Under the pieces are notes generated by a model. The model was given only the letters and a program-made list of their open reading frames with translations. It ran no database searches and was not told the DNA's origin. From Heterodontus francisci (Eukaryota), in contig NC_090373.1 of NCBI RefSeq assembly GCF_036365525.1, positions 135,400,098 to 135,464,097 of the forward strand: DNA of 64,000 nt, read 5' to 3'. Position 1 is the first letter of the stretch, and each line of letters begins with the position of its first letter. Both the position numbers and the translations under genes were made by a program. This document shows positions 12,906 to 25,722 of this stretch, one piece after another.

Positions 12906-14825
12906 ATATCAAAAAAAAGAATTGCTCAAACTCTTTGGTCGTGTTCCCCTACTGACTGCCCATGTATCAGGATGTCATCCATGTGACAAATAACTCCTTT
13001 GAGCCCTTCTAAGATGTTAGACTTAGACCTTTGAAACATTTTTGGTGCAGAAGTTATTCCAAACGGTAACCTATTGAAACAAACCTCCCTAATGGTGTTA
13101 TAAATGTGGTTAGTAATTTTGAGGTCTCATCTAGGAGTACCTGCCAAAACCCAGTATTGGCATTGAGTTTGATAAACATGGTGCTCTGAGAGTGTTTCGC
13201 TAAATTGTCATCTACTGTGGACATTGGGTGAATCTCACATGCTAGTGTTTGTTAAGCTGCATTTAAATCCACGTAAATACGAAGAGTTCCTTTTTTTTTT
13301 TGCGGACAGGAACCATGGCCGAACACCACTCCGTTGGTTGTGTCACAGGAGAAATGACCCCCATTCTTGTCATCTCTTCCAACTGATCTTGAATGTGGTT
13401 TAACAACGGGTGATGTATCTTTCTGGGTGCAAAGATACACACTGGCCTTAAGTGTGAATCTATACTCAGTCTTGAGTCTTCTAAGACCTGTGAAAAGTTT
13501 TGGATAGTCTACCTGGAAGCGGTTGTTTACCTGTAGTTGTTTGACTTGGTCATTCTTCTTGATCAGATGCAGGTCTAAGCATGCTTTTCTGCTCAGCAAG
13601 GAAAATTCTTGGTTATGCAAGTCATATAGGGTTCCCACAATTTGTCTCCCTCTAGATTGGAGTTGCTTCAAGTTTACCCTTTCAGTTGGGTCCCATCCAG
13701 ACCATGCAACTGTGTGTCTGCCCGTTGTAGGCAATATCTCATCAACCATGGCTCTTGGTCTGACAGAACTGTGACACCGTGTCCAGTCTGAAAATTCGTT
13801 AGTTGTCCGTTTACGTAGATATCTGCCATCCAGAATCATTGATTTGGGTAATTAATTTCTCCTAGGAAGTCTCCTGGTTCCTTATCATCTGGAAATTGAA
13901 TCATTTGATTCACTGCTCTTTGCATGAAGATCTTCTGCTTTGTGTTTTTGAGCAAAGAAGTCTTGCTCTGGAACATTTTCACATAATGCCCAGTCTTTTT
14001 GCAATTGAAACATTGGACTTTATTTGTTTGGACACTGATCCCGCCTGTCGCTCTTCCTGGCTCCACAGCGCTAGCACAGTTTCTTGGTGTCATGCACCTT
14101 CTCACCTGTGTGTCGTCTTCTCTACAAATTGCCTTTCCAGCTTTGCCTTCAAAAACTGTACATTCATTTGGGTTCTTCTAATCCAAGACTTCTCTTCAGC
14201 TAGCATAATGGCCCTATTTTGTTTACGGATTTAATTCAGCCTGTCATTCGATCCTTCCCGAGTGTAAGGTCATCTTTCGACTGCAAGAGATCTGACAAAG
14301 ATTCATAGCTATCCCGACAACTATGTGGTCCCTTATTAGTTCTGCCTTTAATTTGCCATATTCACATCCCTCTACCAATCTGTACAGATCATTTATATAA
14401 GAATCTACAGATTCGCCTATCTTCTCTGTTTGCTTATTAAATTTTGCTCTTTCTAGAATTTTATTGATGTGTAGATTGAACTATTTATCAAAATCTTTGA
14501 AGATGTACTTAAATTTATCAGAAGTCTCGTTTATTCCCTGCCTCACAATCATGTCGTCTGCAATCATACCCATAGAATATTGTGATGGAAACCACACCTG
14601 CCAAATGGAAACATATTAATTTCGGCATATGGAACACTATTTGAACTTGTACTGGACATTGACCATAACTTGTTTAAAAACACCACAGAGCAGTGGCTGA
14701 AACCATGGTTGCACATTTACATTATGAGAGACAGTTGCCTAGAGAGACAATGGAAGTGCTCCCTCATTCAATTAGCCGGATGGGTTTTGTCAATAGTGAT
14801 GATCAAAAGACATTGAGAGTCATTG

Positions 14826-17482
14826 AAATAAAAACAAGAAATGCTGGCAATCCTCAGCAGGTCTGGCAGCATCTGTGGAGAGAGATAACATTTCAGGTCA
14901 GTGACCCTTCTTCAGAACTGACAAATATTAGAAATGTAAAAAGTTTTAAGCAAGTAAAGTGGAGGGTGAGGTAAGAGAAGGTGTTGATAGGACAAGGTCA
15001 CAGAGAATAACTGACCAGAAGGTCATGGAACAAAGGCAAACGGTATGTTAATGGTGTGGTGAAAGACAAAGTGTTAGAACAGAGAGGGTGTGAATTGACT
15101 GTAAAGCACTACAAGCACCAACATAATTTTTTTTAATTTAAAAAACAAACAGTGGGTAGGCACAGTGGAAACAAACTTAAAAAAAAAACTTTAAAATATA
15201 ACCAAATAAGAAAGAGAAAAAAAGAAAAAATAACGAAACATAAAAATGGGGGACTGTCATGCTTTGAAATTATTGAATTCAATGTTCAGTCCGGCAGCCT
15301 GTAGTGTGCCTAATTGGTAAATAAGATGCTGTTCCTTGAGCTTACATTGATGTTCGCTGGAACACTGCAGCAATCCCAGGGCAGAGATAAGAGCAGGGAG
15401 GGAGGGGGGGAGTGTGTTGAAATGGCCAGCAACAGGAAGCTCGGGGTCATGCTTACAGACTGAGCGCAGGTGTTCCACAAAGCAGTCACCCAATCTGCGT
15501 TTGGTCTCCCCAATGTAGAGGAGACCACATTGTGAGCAGAAATACAGTATACTAAATTGAAAGAAGTACAAGTAAATCACTGCTTCACCTGAAAGGAGTG
15601 TTTGGGGCCTGGGATAGTGAGGAGAGAGGAGGTAAATGGGCAGGTATTACACCTCCTGCGATTGCAGGGGAAGGTGCTGTGGGAAGGAGACGAGGTGGTG
15701 GGGATAATGGAGGAGTGGACGAGGGTGTCGTGGAGGGAACAATCCCTTCGGAATGCTGACAGGAAGGGAGGGGAAGATGCATTGGGCATCACGCTGAAAT
15801 TTTACATTTCTAATATTTGTCAGTTTTGAAGAAGGGTCACTGACCTGAAACATTCATTCCTTGTTCCAGTCCTACTCACGCCCCCTCCCACAACTCTTTT
15901 TCCGGTACAATGATGACTGTATCGGTGCCATTTCCTGCTCCCGCCCGGAACTAGAAAACTTTATCAACTTTGCTTCTAATTTCCAACCCTTCTCTCACCT
16001 TCACGTGGTCTATGTCCAACACTTCCCTTCCCTGACTTCTCTGTCTCCATCTCTGGGGATAGGCTGTCTACTAATGTTCATTATAAGCCCATCGACTCCC
16101 ACAGCTACCTCGACTACACTTCTTCAAACCCTGCCTCCTGTAAGGACTCCATTCCATTCTCCTACTTCCTCTGTCTCCGACGCATCTGCTCTGATGATGC
16201 TACCTTGCACGACAGTGCTTCTGATATGTCTTCCTTTTTCCTCAACCGAGGATTCCCCCCCGCCTCCCACACTGTGGTTGACAGGGTCCTCAACCGTGTC
16301 CAGCCATTTCCCACACCTCTAATCTCACCCCTTCCCCTCCCTCCCAGAACTGTGACAGGGTTCCCCTTGTCCCCACTTTCCACCTCACCAGCCTCCATAT
16401 CCAAAGGATCATCCTCCGCCACATCCAGCGTGATGCCACTACCAAACGCATCTTCCCCTCCCTTCCTCTGTCAGCATTCCGAAGGGATCATTCCCCCCGC
16501 GACACCCTGGTCCATTCCTCCATTACCCCCACCACCTCGTCCTCTTCCCACTGCGCCTTCCCCTGCAATCGCAGGAAGTGTAATACCTGCCCATTTACCT
16601 CCTTTCTCCTCACTATCCCAGGCCCCAAACACTCCTTTCAGGTGAAGCAGTGACTTACTTGTACTTCTTTCAATGTAGTATACTGTATTCGCTGCTCACA
16701 ATGTGGTCTCCTCTACATTGGGGAGACCAAACACAAATTGCGTTACTGCTTTGCGGGACACCTGCGCTCAGTCCCTAAGCATGACCCCAAGCTTCCTGTT
16801 GCTGGCCATTTCAACACTACCCCCCAACTCTCATGCTCACATCTCTGTCCTGGGATTGTTGCAGTTCCAGCAAGCATCAATGCAAGCTCGAAGAACAGCA
16901 TCTCATTTACCGATTAGGCACGCTACAGCCTACCGGACTGAACATTGAATTCAATAATTTCAGAGCATAATGGCCCCCCACTTTTTTATGTTTCGTAATT
17001 TTTCCTTTTTTTTTTTCTTTTTATTTGGTTATTTTATTTTAGTGTTTTTTTAGTTTGGTTAGTTTGTTTCTACTATGCCGACCCACTGTTTTTTTTTTTA
17101 AATTCTTTTTTTCTTGTTAGTGCTTGTAGTGCTTTGTGCTTTACCATCAATTCAGACCCTCTCTAGTAATGCTTAGTCGTTCCGCACACCATTAACATAC
17201 CGTTAGCCTTTGTTCCATGACCTTCTGATCAGTTATTCTGTGACCTTTTCCTATCAACACCTCTTTTGTTATCTCTTGCACCACCACCACCCCCCCCCCC
17301 CCACCCTGCTTTACTTGCTTAAAACTTTTTACATTTCTAATATTTGTCAGTTCTGATGAAGGGTCACTGACCAGAAACATTAACTCTGCTTCTCTCTCCA
17401 CTGATGCTACCAGACCTGCTGAGTATTTCCAACATTTCTTGTTTTTATTTCAGATTTCCAGCATCTAGAGTATTTTGCTTTT
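14826..17482 (+). mobile_element. Penelope-like element (RT C-terminus, GIY-YIG endonuclease, terminal repeat) with inverted duplicated 3' end
   Basis: FRYNDDCIG RT motif (~15900), CNRRKCNTC knuckle, VVYCIRCSQCGLLYIGETK GIY-YIG (~16675-16730); 14826-15797 is an inverted copy of ~16420-17450; 14-bp TSD ATTGAGAGTCATTG at 14812-14825 and 17483-17496. Confidence 0.92.
17349..17385 (+). ncRNA. Putative minimal hammerhead ribozyme in PLE terminal repeat
   Basis: AGUU CUGAUGA A GGGUC ACU GACCA GAAA CA UU AACU; further copies at 14883-14919 (minus, CUGAAGA) and 15822-15854 (core UUGAAGA). Confidence 0.55.
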
Positions 17483-17925
17483 ATTGAGAGTCATTGTGTA
17501 AGAGCCAGCCCTCCACCCCCCACCCCCCCTCCCAACTGAGTGTGCCTACTAAGCTTTGAAGAATCAACGATCCTCACAGGTGATGCTGTTTCAAACAAAG
17601 AGCTAGTCACATGACTAACCTGCTGGCCAACCTGGGAATTGATTGAATTGTGCATCACAGAAAAGTTTTGAGACAGACTGCAATTTTGAAGACCAAAGAG
17701 AAGGAAGGTCTCTCTTTCTCACGCAAAGTTCCAGGGACCAATGGAAGTAACTTCTGTCGCAAAACAGAAGACCACTGCAGCCTTCTGGTACCCATGAAAC
17801 AATTTTGAAAGTGTGCACTGGGCTCCAACGAGAACTGTAAGACTTAACTTTAATCAAAGACTTCACAGTAAAATCAACAATTGTAACTGAATTCCATCTA
17901 CTACTTCAAATCCTTCTCTGTATCT

Positions 17926-17947
17926 GTGTGTGTGTGTGTGTGTGTGT
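17926..17947. repeat. (TG)n microsatellite within the LTR
   Basis: Direct reading of the tgtgtg run. Confidence 0.85.
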
Positions 17948-19931
17948 TTATCGCATATGCATGCTAGCGTGGTTGTGTCGCGTATTTTTATTAGTTTAAC
18001 TAATTTAGACTGTGAAGGTTAATAAACATACACCTTTCTTGTTTAAACCTGAGAAAGCCTGTCTGATTGCTCTATAATTGTAATTGTAAAGGAATCAGTG
18101 AGCAAGGACTCATTGAGGGGAAGCTAAAAACACTTTTAAAAGTTAAACCCTGTTACGGACAAACCAGGAAAGGGACCAGAGGGGATCCTGAGACCCCCTT
18201 CCTCATCTGGTCGTAACAGACATTTGCAGGCTAGCGTCAGAGGTTAGATGCACAGACAAACGAGAAACTGGAAGTGGGAAGTTAAATTGATCCCAATCAA
18301 AAAGTGAAATGATTTCAATACAGGTATTCTTGTGATTGTGTGTGCTAGAATACTAACATATCTGTGACTGAAGCCAGTACACTCCCTGATGGAAAGCACA
18401 GCTGAACAAGCTGCGGCTTTAACTGCAGCAATAATAAGATCCAGAAAACATACTGCTATGGGTGCTGGAAAATTTAACAGAATCCCTGAAGGTTTATGTC
18501 CAAAGGGAGAGTAACCCCATACCCCTTGAGTGGGGCAAGCAAGCCCATGGTAATCCTTAGGAACACGGGCCACCAGATCCCTTTCACTGGGAAAAGGCCT
18601 GACCTTTCCCCCAGAGAGTGCAGTAAATACCAGAATGATAGTAAATGGTATTGGAGGGCAGTGTACACCTGTACCTTTACACCAGGTGCACTTGGAGTGC
18701 AACCTAGTTTTGGGACTGGTGATCGTAGAGATTGTCCCTAGTTTGCCTGTGAATGGGGTTGACCTGTTTGTAGGTAATGATCTGGCAAGGGTGGTAGCTT
18801 CCCCAGTAGTGAAAGAGAGACTGAAGGAGGTCAGAGAGACAGGGCAATGGCAGGAGCCAGACCCCTGTAGTTCCCCTGAATGGGTAGTGAATTGGGCCAT
18901 GACCAAACCAGCTCCCCCCCCGGAGGAGACTGACTTTGCACTGCAGACAGATGACCAAGAGGACCCAGGGAATGGATTAAATGGATCTTCCCTAACTGAG
19001 GCTCAGCGAGCCAGCCCACTATTGAGAGACTTAGCACAGGTTGCCCAGACTGAGAATGAAGGAGAGGGAGTCCCTGGTTGCTACTATTCAAAGAATGTGT
19101 TGCTGATGAGGAAGTGGCATTCTCCTCACAGACCTGAGAGCAAAGAGAGGACAGTGGTTCACTAGTTAGTGGTGCCGCAGAGGTACTGGAGAGAAATATT
19201 AAGAATGGCCCATGAGATTACAATGACTGTACATGTTGGTATGCAAAAAAACCAAAGCCCACATAAGGTAGCAGTTGACTGGCCAAAACTCCACAAAGAT
19301 GTGCTGGAATACTGTAGGAGTTGCCACATGTGCCAGGTTGAGGGGAAACCCCGACCCACAGTTAAATCTGCACCCCTAAATCCTGTACTGGCGTTTGGAG
19401 GACCCTCCAGCAGAGGGATGGTGAATTGTAAGGGACCACTGCCGAGAACAAAAGCAGACAGACAGACACAGGGCTGACAAGAAGTTAGAGAGGAAAGAGG
19501 AAATAGGGACAAAGAGGACAGGTTACAGGAGACCTGAGAGGATTCCCAAATAAAAGCCCCTACTGTCTGGTCAGCAAACCCCAAAATGTTTGGAAAAATT
19601 AGACCCCACATCCTCCTATGTAAATGCAGACATCAGAAGCACCTCACTGGAGTTGCTAACAGCATTTACAGAAACCTGCAAGGACAAAGAAAGTCCTCAT
19701 GAGGGCAGAGAAACTGTGAGGGTGATGCCTCACCTAGTTGAAGTGCCACAGGGGAGTGCAATGGAATTTGGATAAATATCTGTAAGCAGGAGTATCCCAG
19801 AGGACAAAGGGAAGATTAGCAAAGAATCCGCCCCCACAGTCAGGAGAAAAGGGAACCAACCATCCCCTGAAGTAAGCAGCACTGGTATGACTCATCAGAG
19901 CACTGAAAAGGGAGATGAGAGTGGATCCACT

Positions 19932-20248
19932 TAAAGTCTGGCTTGGGTATAAAATTAAAACCTGACCCAACAACAGCCAACTCAAACCTGACCCGGGCCC
20001 GGGTCCTTTAATTTTTTTAAATGCCCAACCCAACCTGAACCTGGCACATGTAGTCGGGTTTGGTCGGGTAGCCAGGCTTTACCGCAGAGCGTGGAGTCTG
20101 GACTTTTCCCGCTTTGACATCCTAAATGTTCATTTGAAGATTACTTCCCGGAGCAAGGCAGCACTGTCCACGTCCAGCCCGACCTGACCTGAACCTGAAC
20201 CCGCCACATGTCGGATCTGGTCGGGTTTGGTTCGGGTAGCACGCTTTA
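19932..20248. mobile_element. hAT-type MITE with ACCCG/CGGGT subterminal repeats
   Basis: Termini TAAAG...CTTTA; 8-bp TSD GATCCACT (19924-19931) and GATCCACC (20249-20256). Confidence 0.75.
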
Positions 20249-22519
20249 GATCCACCCGCTGCCGACCCCCATAATCAGAGCTCTATACCAGGTCTAATTA
20301 AGTCTAACCGTTCCCCTGCAGACCTCAACAGGAACAAAGACACCCTAGACAATTGTGGAAATGTGCAAATTTCAAACCTCCCCAAAAATCGCATGTTTAT
20401 TGGGATGACCATTCCCAACATATTGCAGGCTGATAGTGAAGAAACTTTAAACTCCTTGGGCAACACATTACTATCTGCGACCCACCTCAAGAAAAGTGGC
20501 AGTTTAAAGCAGCACTGCTACAAAGGAAAGACAGGCTGTAACAATTTTAAGATTTCTGAATGAATGAGAATGAATGAAAGAAATACATGTGCGTTTTCCT
20601 GTACTTTCTCTTCTTTCTAATTTATATTGAAATGCTTCCCCTAATGTTGCATCTCATTTGCCAGAGGTGGAGATGTGATGGAAACCACACCTGCCAAATG
20701 GAAACATATTAATTTCAGCATATGGAACACTATTTGAACTTGTACTGGACATTGACCATAACTTGTTTAAAAACACCAAAGAGCAGTGGCTGAAAACATG
20801 GCTGCATATTTGCATTCTGAGAGACAGTTGCCTAGAGATACAATGGAAGTGCTCCCTGATTCAATTAGCCAGATGGGTTTTGTCAATAGTGATGATCACA
20901 AGACATCGAGAATCATTGGCTGTATAAGAGCCAGCACTCCACCCCCCACTGAGTGTGTCTAGTGAGCTTTGAAGAATCAACAATCCACGAAGGCGATGCT
21001 GTTTCAAAGAGCTAGTCGTATGACTAACCTGCTGGCCAAGCTGGGAATTGATTGAATTGTGCATCACAGAAAAGTTTTGAGACAGACTGCAATTTTGAAG
21101 ACCAAAGAGAAGTAAGGTCCTGCACGCCACACATTCCGCTCTTGCAGGGCCCATAAAATTCCACCCACAATTTCTGAGCCTTGCTCATGCTGAGGCATTA
21201 AAATTTTTATTTTTTTCTTTGTAAGTGGAGACAAAATGTGGAACTGGAGTAATCAGCGGTGGTTGGAGGCAGGAATGTGCTCAGCAGCCTCGGGGGTGGG
21301 GGTGGGGGGGGGGGGGCGCTGGAATGGGGTGAGTAGTGGGTTGTGAGGAGTGGGGAGGAGCCAGTGATTGTGACCAGCAGGTGCTGTCCACAGCAGACAC
21401 ATTATTCAGGTGGAAAGTTCTGCTTCTGCTTTTTGCAGTGTCAGTTTACAGCAAAATAATAAAAATCAGCAACAGTTTCTTCTCCCCACTGCCCCTCCAC
21501 CCATCCCTTGAACTGCCACATGTTCCTGGGCACGCACACAAGGACAAGTCTCCAGGGCCGGTAAATGAGTTGTGGGAGCTGATAGCCTGGAGCTGTTTTC
21601 AAACACTTCAGAACAAGTTTATTGTTGAAGTCCTCCCAACACCAAGACTTTGTTTCCACACCCACACTGTTGGTTAGATGGTGCTGGATTTATGTATCTG
21701 TTAATATCAATCATTACTTTAATATTTTTGATCACAGTCTACCTTGTTAGTGTATAGGTGGCACTGTTAATGTGTCTGCATAAAATGGTAATTAAATTTT
21801 GTAAATGTTCTTTCACCAAGTATTTCAGAAATCCTACAGCAGAAGATTTGAATTCATAATTAGTATTCTAATTTAGATGGGAAGGGGATCAGTGCTTATT
21901 AACCCATTTGAAAAGGAGTCCTTCAACCAAAGAAGTTTGAGAACTACTGATAGTGCAGTGGTTTGCAACCTGGAGGCTGTAGAGACTGTCAAGGGCACCC
22001 ATGAAATAGTCTCTTGAGTGTGCAAGGGGGCAGGAGGGGGCTGGGGGAGAAAGAAAAAATAAGCTGCCCACTGAGTTTTTGGATACAGAACTATATATAA
22101 TACAATTAGTCAAAATAGAATATCCTCCAGAATCCTACCTCATTCATCAACTCCACAAACCAGAGCTACTAGGCTGGAAAATATGACCCTTTGACTTAGA
22201 GACAGAATGCACAACTGATAACAGGTAGAATTTTTATAAAGTTTTTTGTAAAGCATTTTCACATGCAATAATATAGTTTTTGTAAAGAGCTCTGACCTGT
22301 CAGAGATTAAATAAGCCACTAATAAGGTTTATAAACCAACTGCCAATCTATTATTGGTTGATGTTTGGGGAAAAAAAGCATCTAATTTTTACACCAAATC
22401 TCTTGATCTTTAAGAGTTTGTCTCATGATTTATGAGACAGTAGGGTTGCATTACTACCAATCTTCTGAAGTTATGGCAGGTGCTCAACCCCAAGCAGGTT
22501 AATGTAGAAACTGCATAGA

Positions 22520-22810
22520 ATATGCAACACAGAAACAAGCCATTTGGCCCAACTAGTATGTGCTGGTCTCCATGTGCATCTCCTCTCATTGCACCTACCT
22601 CATCTCAGCCTTTCAGCCTATCTTTCTATTCTCTTTTCTCTCATATACTCATTTAGTTTCCTTTTAAAAGCATCTACATTATTTGCCTCACTTACTTCGT
22701 GTGGTAGGGAGTTTCATATTCTAACATGTCTCTGAGTAAAGAAATTTTTCATTTCCCTATTGGATTTATTAGTAACTATCTTGAATTTATGGCCACTAAT
22801 TTTGGATTCT
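22520..22810 (-). mobile_element. Old CR1 3' fragment
   Basis: Degenerate reverse-complement CR1 tail and FFTQR motif. Confidence 0.6.
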
Positions 22811-22819
22811 TCATCACTA

Positions 22820-23200
22820 ACAATGTGGCCAGAGGTGGTTAACCCAGATTAAGTTATTCCATGGGCAGCAACAATACCTCATACAAATGGCTTTTTTTTC
22901 CCTCGCATCTCGACAGCAGGTTTAAAGGGATAGTTGACTGATGATAGGATGGGCTAAGGCAACTAAACGTAATCTTAACTGCATCTGTCAACAATACATA
23001 ATAGGAGTCACTGGAAGCAATTAGGAGGAGTGACCTTGGCTGATTTTTTTCCTTCTTCCATCTTCTTCAACTTACTTCAAATTACCAAATCCAAGTATAG
23101 AATTACTACTGCTTCCCTGGCCAACATTAATTAAATTAGAATCGACCAAGGATCTATCTGACATTATCATGGTTGACCAGCTCAGTCCTGCAGCAAGTAG
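22820..23200 (-). mobile_element. Highly decayed ancient SINE (Deu-SINE/AmnSINE-like)
   Basis: Collinear weak similarity to 53480-53830 and 43030-43230; family name from memory of the consensus. Confidence 0.35.
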
Positions 23201-24099
23201 TACATTTATTCTAGATGTCACATTATCTGTCCATCTCTGCAGGTTGAGAGAATGTTTCATACTGATGGGGGCAGAATTGCTCACATTGCACATGAAGAAT
23301 GAAATTGCTTTGTAATACTTCGTGATTTGACAAACAATTTTATTCTTCCACCAGCAAAAAATAGATGCTAATATAATAAATACAAATGACAGAGGCGGTT
23401 CACTGGCACTGAGCAGTAGAAGTAAGTTGTGCCTTATTTAGTACAAGACTGACTTTCTCAATTTATTCAGAGTAGAAAGGGGTATTTCAGCATAATTTGG
23501 GCATAACTGGGCTACATGCAATTTTGACTGGTAGGATTGATATGCTTACTACTACTGCAACTGCATTTATGTAGCCCAGGGGAGGCCAACCTTTTTGCGT
23601 GAGGGGCCGCATTATATTTTTTGTCTTACATAGTGGGCCAGTGAGCAAATTTCTGAAAGATAAAGGTATTAGAAGTTTATTTTACCATTAATCAAAATCA
23701 CAAAAAATGTGCACTTTTGTGAACAAGCTTTACATGAGAAGACTAATTTATTAACTTACTTTCTTGTCACTATGTTGAACACTGATTTAGTGAGATACCT
23801 GGCCTTGTTTTTGCTTGCAGAAGTAGACAATGTGCCCACACGCTTGTTGATGTAGCGATGCGGAGTATTCTGGCTAGATGGCCATCTGTCAGGAATGATC
23901 TTGATCCCTCTCTTTCCCCCCCCCCTCTGTATCCCCCTCTCTCTGTCCCCCATTCTGTGTTCCACACACTCTCTCTCTCTCTCTCTCTGTTCACCCTTTC
24001 TCTCTTCCCCCCCTTCTCTCTGTGCCCCCCTCTCCCTCTCTGTCACTGCCTCTCTCCCTTTCTCCTTTCTGTGTCCCCCCCCCCCCCCCCCCCCCCGTG

Positions 24100-25722
24100 C
24101 TCTCAGCAAGCAATTAAGAAAGTAAATGGTATGTTGGCCTTTATCACAAGAGGATTTGAGTACAGGAGCAGTCAAGTCTTGTTTCAATTGTATAGAACCT
24201 TGGTTAGACCGTACCTGGAGTACTTGTGCAGATTTGGTCTCCTTACCTTAGGAAGGATATTATTGCCATAGAGGGAGTGCAACGAAAGTTCACCAGACTT
24301 TTCCTGGGATGGCGGGACTGACCTATGAAGAGAGATTGGGGAAACTGGGTCTGTATTCTCTCGAGTTTCAAAGAATGAGAGGTGATTTCATTGAAACCTA
24401 CAAAATACTTAAAGGGATAGACAGGGTAGATGCAGAAAAGATGTTTCCCCTGGTTGGAGAGTCCAGAACCAGGGGACACAATTTCAAAATAAGGGGGAAC
24501 CCACTTAGAACAGAGATGAGGAGAAATTTCTTTACTCAGAGGGTTGTGAATCTTTGGAATTCTCTACCCCAGAGGGCTGTGCAAGCTCAGTCATTGAGTA
24601 TGTTTAAAGTAGTGTCATGAAGACTCCCACCTGCCAAGAATGAGGCATATCAATTTCATCATGAACATTAACTTTAAACTGTTGCTGAAGTGAAGAAGTT
24701 ACTTGTTTTACAAGAGATCACCAGACACTTGGCTGGAAGTACATTTGCACACTAAGAGACAGTGCTTGGAGAGACAAAAGAATTGCTTACTGATTCACTT
24801 AACAGAGATTGGTCCAGGCAATGGTGATCCACATTTTGTTGGTGTGGGATACAACCCTACACCACCACCCCCCCCACCCACCCTACCAAGAGTTTTGAAA
24901 TCCACAAACACAGCAGTTTGTTTAAACAGTTAGTCACATGACTAACATGCTGGCCAAATTGGAGTTTTGAACTGTGCTCACAGGACAGTTTAGGCAGACT
25001 GCCGTTTGCAACTGAACCTGGAACAAGACAGCCTCTCTCCTGGCTGGCTGGCTCTCGCTTTCTCCCAAGCCTCCGGACGAACTGAAGACACGTAAACCTC
25101 AAGAGAGTTAAGCCTCCTACATTGAAACAAGTTAAAGCATGCACTGGGCCCCAGTGAACAGAAAGACTTACCGGCAACCAAAGACTCAATAATCAAAATC
25201 AAAGGACAGTAAACAGAAACCCAGCTATTGCCTCAAACTTTTCCCCTTTATTCTTTTCTACTTTTTCTGTCTCTATCTGCGTGTGTGTTTAACGTGTATG
25301 CATGCTAGAGTTGTCACGTCGTGTATTCATGGCCATAGCCGTTACCCGAATTAGAGTTTAAGATTAATAAACTTACACCTTTCTTGTTTAAATCGAAGAA
25401 AACCTGTCTAATTGATTTATTTGCCTTACAATTGGAAAGAGGTGAACAAGGATTCAGTGAGTGGGAACTAAAACACGGTGTTTTAAAAAATTAAACCCTG
25501 TTATGGTTAAACTAGGCACAGGCTGAGAGGGAACCCCTAGACCGCTTCTCACCTGGTTGTAACAGAAGAGATTGACAGATTTCTAAATGCCAATGACAAG
25601 AAGGGAATTGGGATAGTGTGGAAAAAAGGCATTGAAGTGGATGATCAGCCATGATCGTATTGAATGGTGGTGTAGGCTCAATGGGCTGAATGGTCTCCTC
25701 CTGCTCCTATGTTGCTATGTCC
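24100..25722 (+). mobile_element. CR1 3' fragment (24100-24612 and 25565-25722) split by a solo LTR
   Basis: LGLYSLEFQRMRGD..TRGH..FFTQRVVNLWNSLP; consensus resumes after the LTR and ends in the CR1 tail. Confidence 0.88.
24613..25564 (+). mobile_element. Solo LTR related to the 14581 and 20674 LTRs
   Basis: TGTCAT...GTAACA termini; TSD GTAG/GAAG; shares blocks such as CCACCTGCCAA and TAGTCACATGACTAAC with the Gmr1-like LTR. Confidence 0.85.

Larger units (their letters stand above)
8329..14580 (-). mobile_element. Decayed Ty3/Gypsy LTR retrotransposon (gag-PR-RT-RH-INT and 3' LTR), multiply interrupted
   Basis: Gag knuckle remnant CFNCKKTGH (~14000), RT LRIYVDL (~13270), RNase H ADASSTGLG/YAVIEKEALA/ETDQKPL (11594-11850), integrase H2C2 WWPGISKDIENVIQNCQVC (~11100), GLSPAELLMGR (~9270), polypurine tract before LTR start TGTAG at 8643. 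Confidence 0.88.
14581..21119 (+). mobile_element. Gmr1-like Gypsy element, internally deleted: 5' LTR 14581-18218 (holding a PLE insertion), protease and integrase remnants, truncated 3' LTR 20674-21119
   Basis: Both LTRs begin TGTGATGGAAACCACACCTGCCAAATGG and are collinear; 5' LTR ends GTAACA; purine tract AGAGGTGGAGA before 20674; protease LRNTG..VDLFVGNDLA followed by integrase H2C2. Confidence 0.85.

Noticed and set aside
18219-18245. Primer-binding site after the 5' LTR
   Set aside because: The sequence (GACATTTGCAGGCTAGCG) is too degenerate to assign to a tRNA.
21336-21677. 113-aa plus-strand and 74-aa minus-strand ORFs in unique-looking sequence
   Set aside because: No recognisable domain, non-ATG starts and no coherent splice structure.
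23756-24271. Overlapping Arg/Glu- and Leu/Ser/Pro-rich ORFs
   Set aside because: Translation of a CT microsatellite fused to hAT and CR1 fragments.
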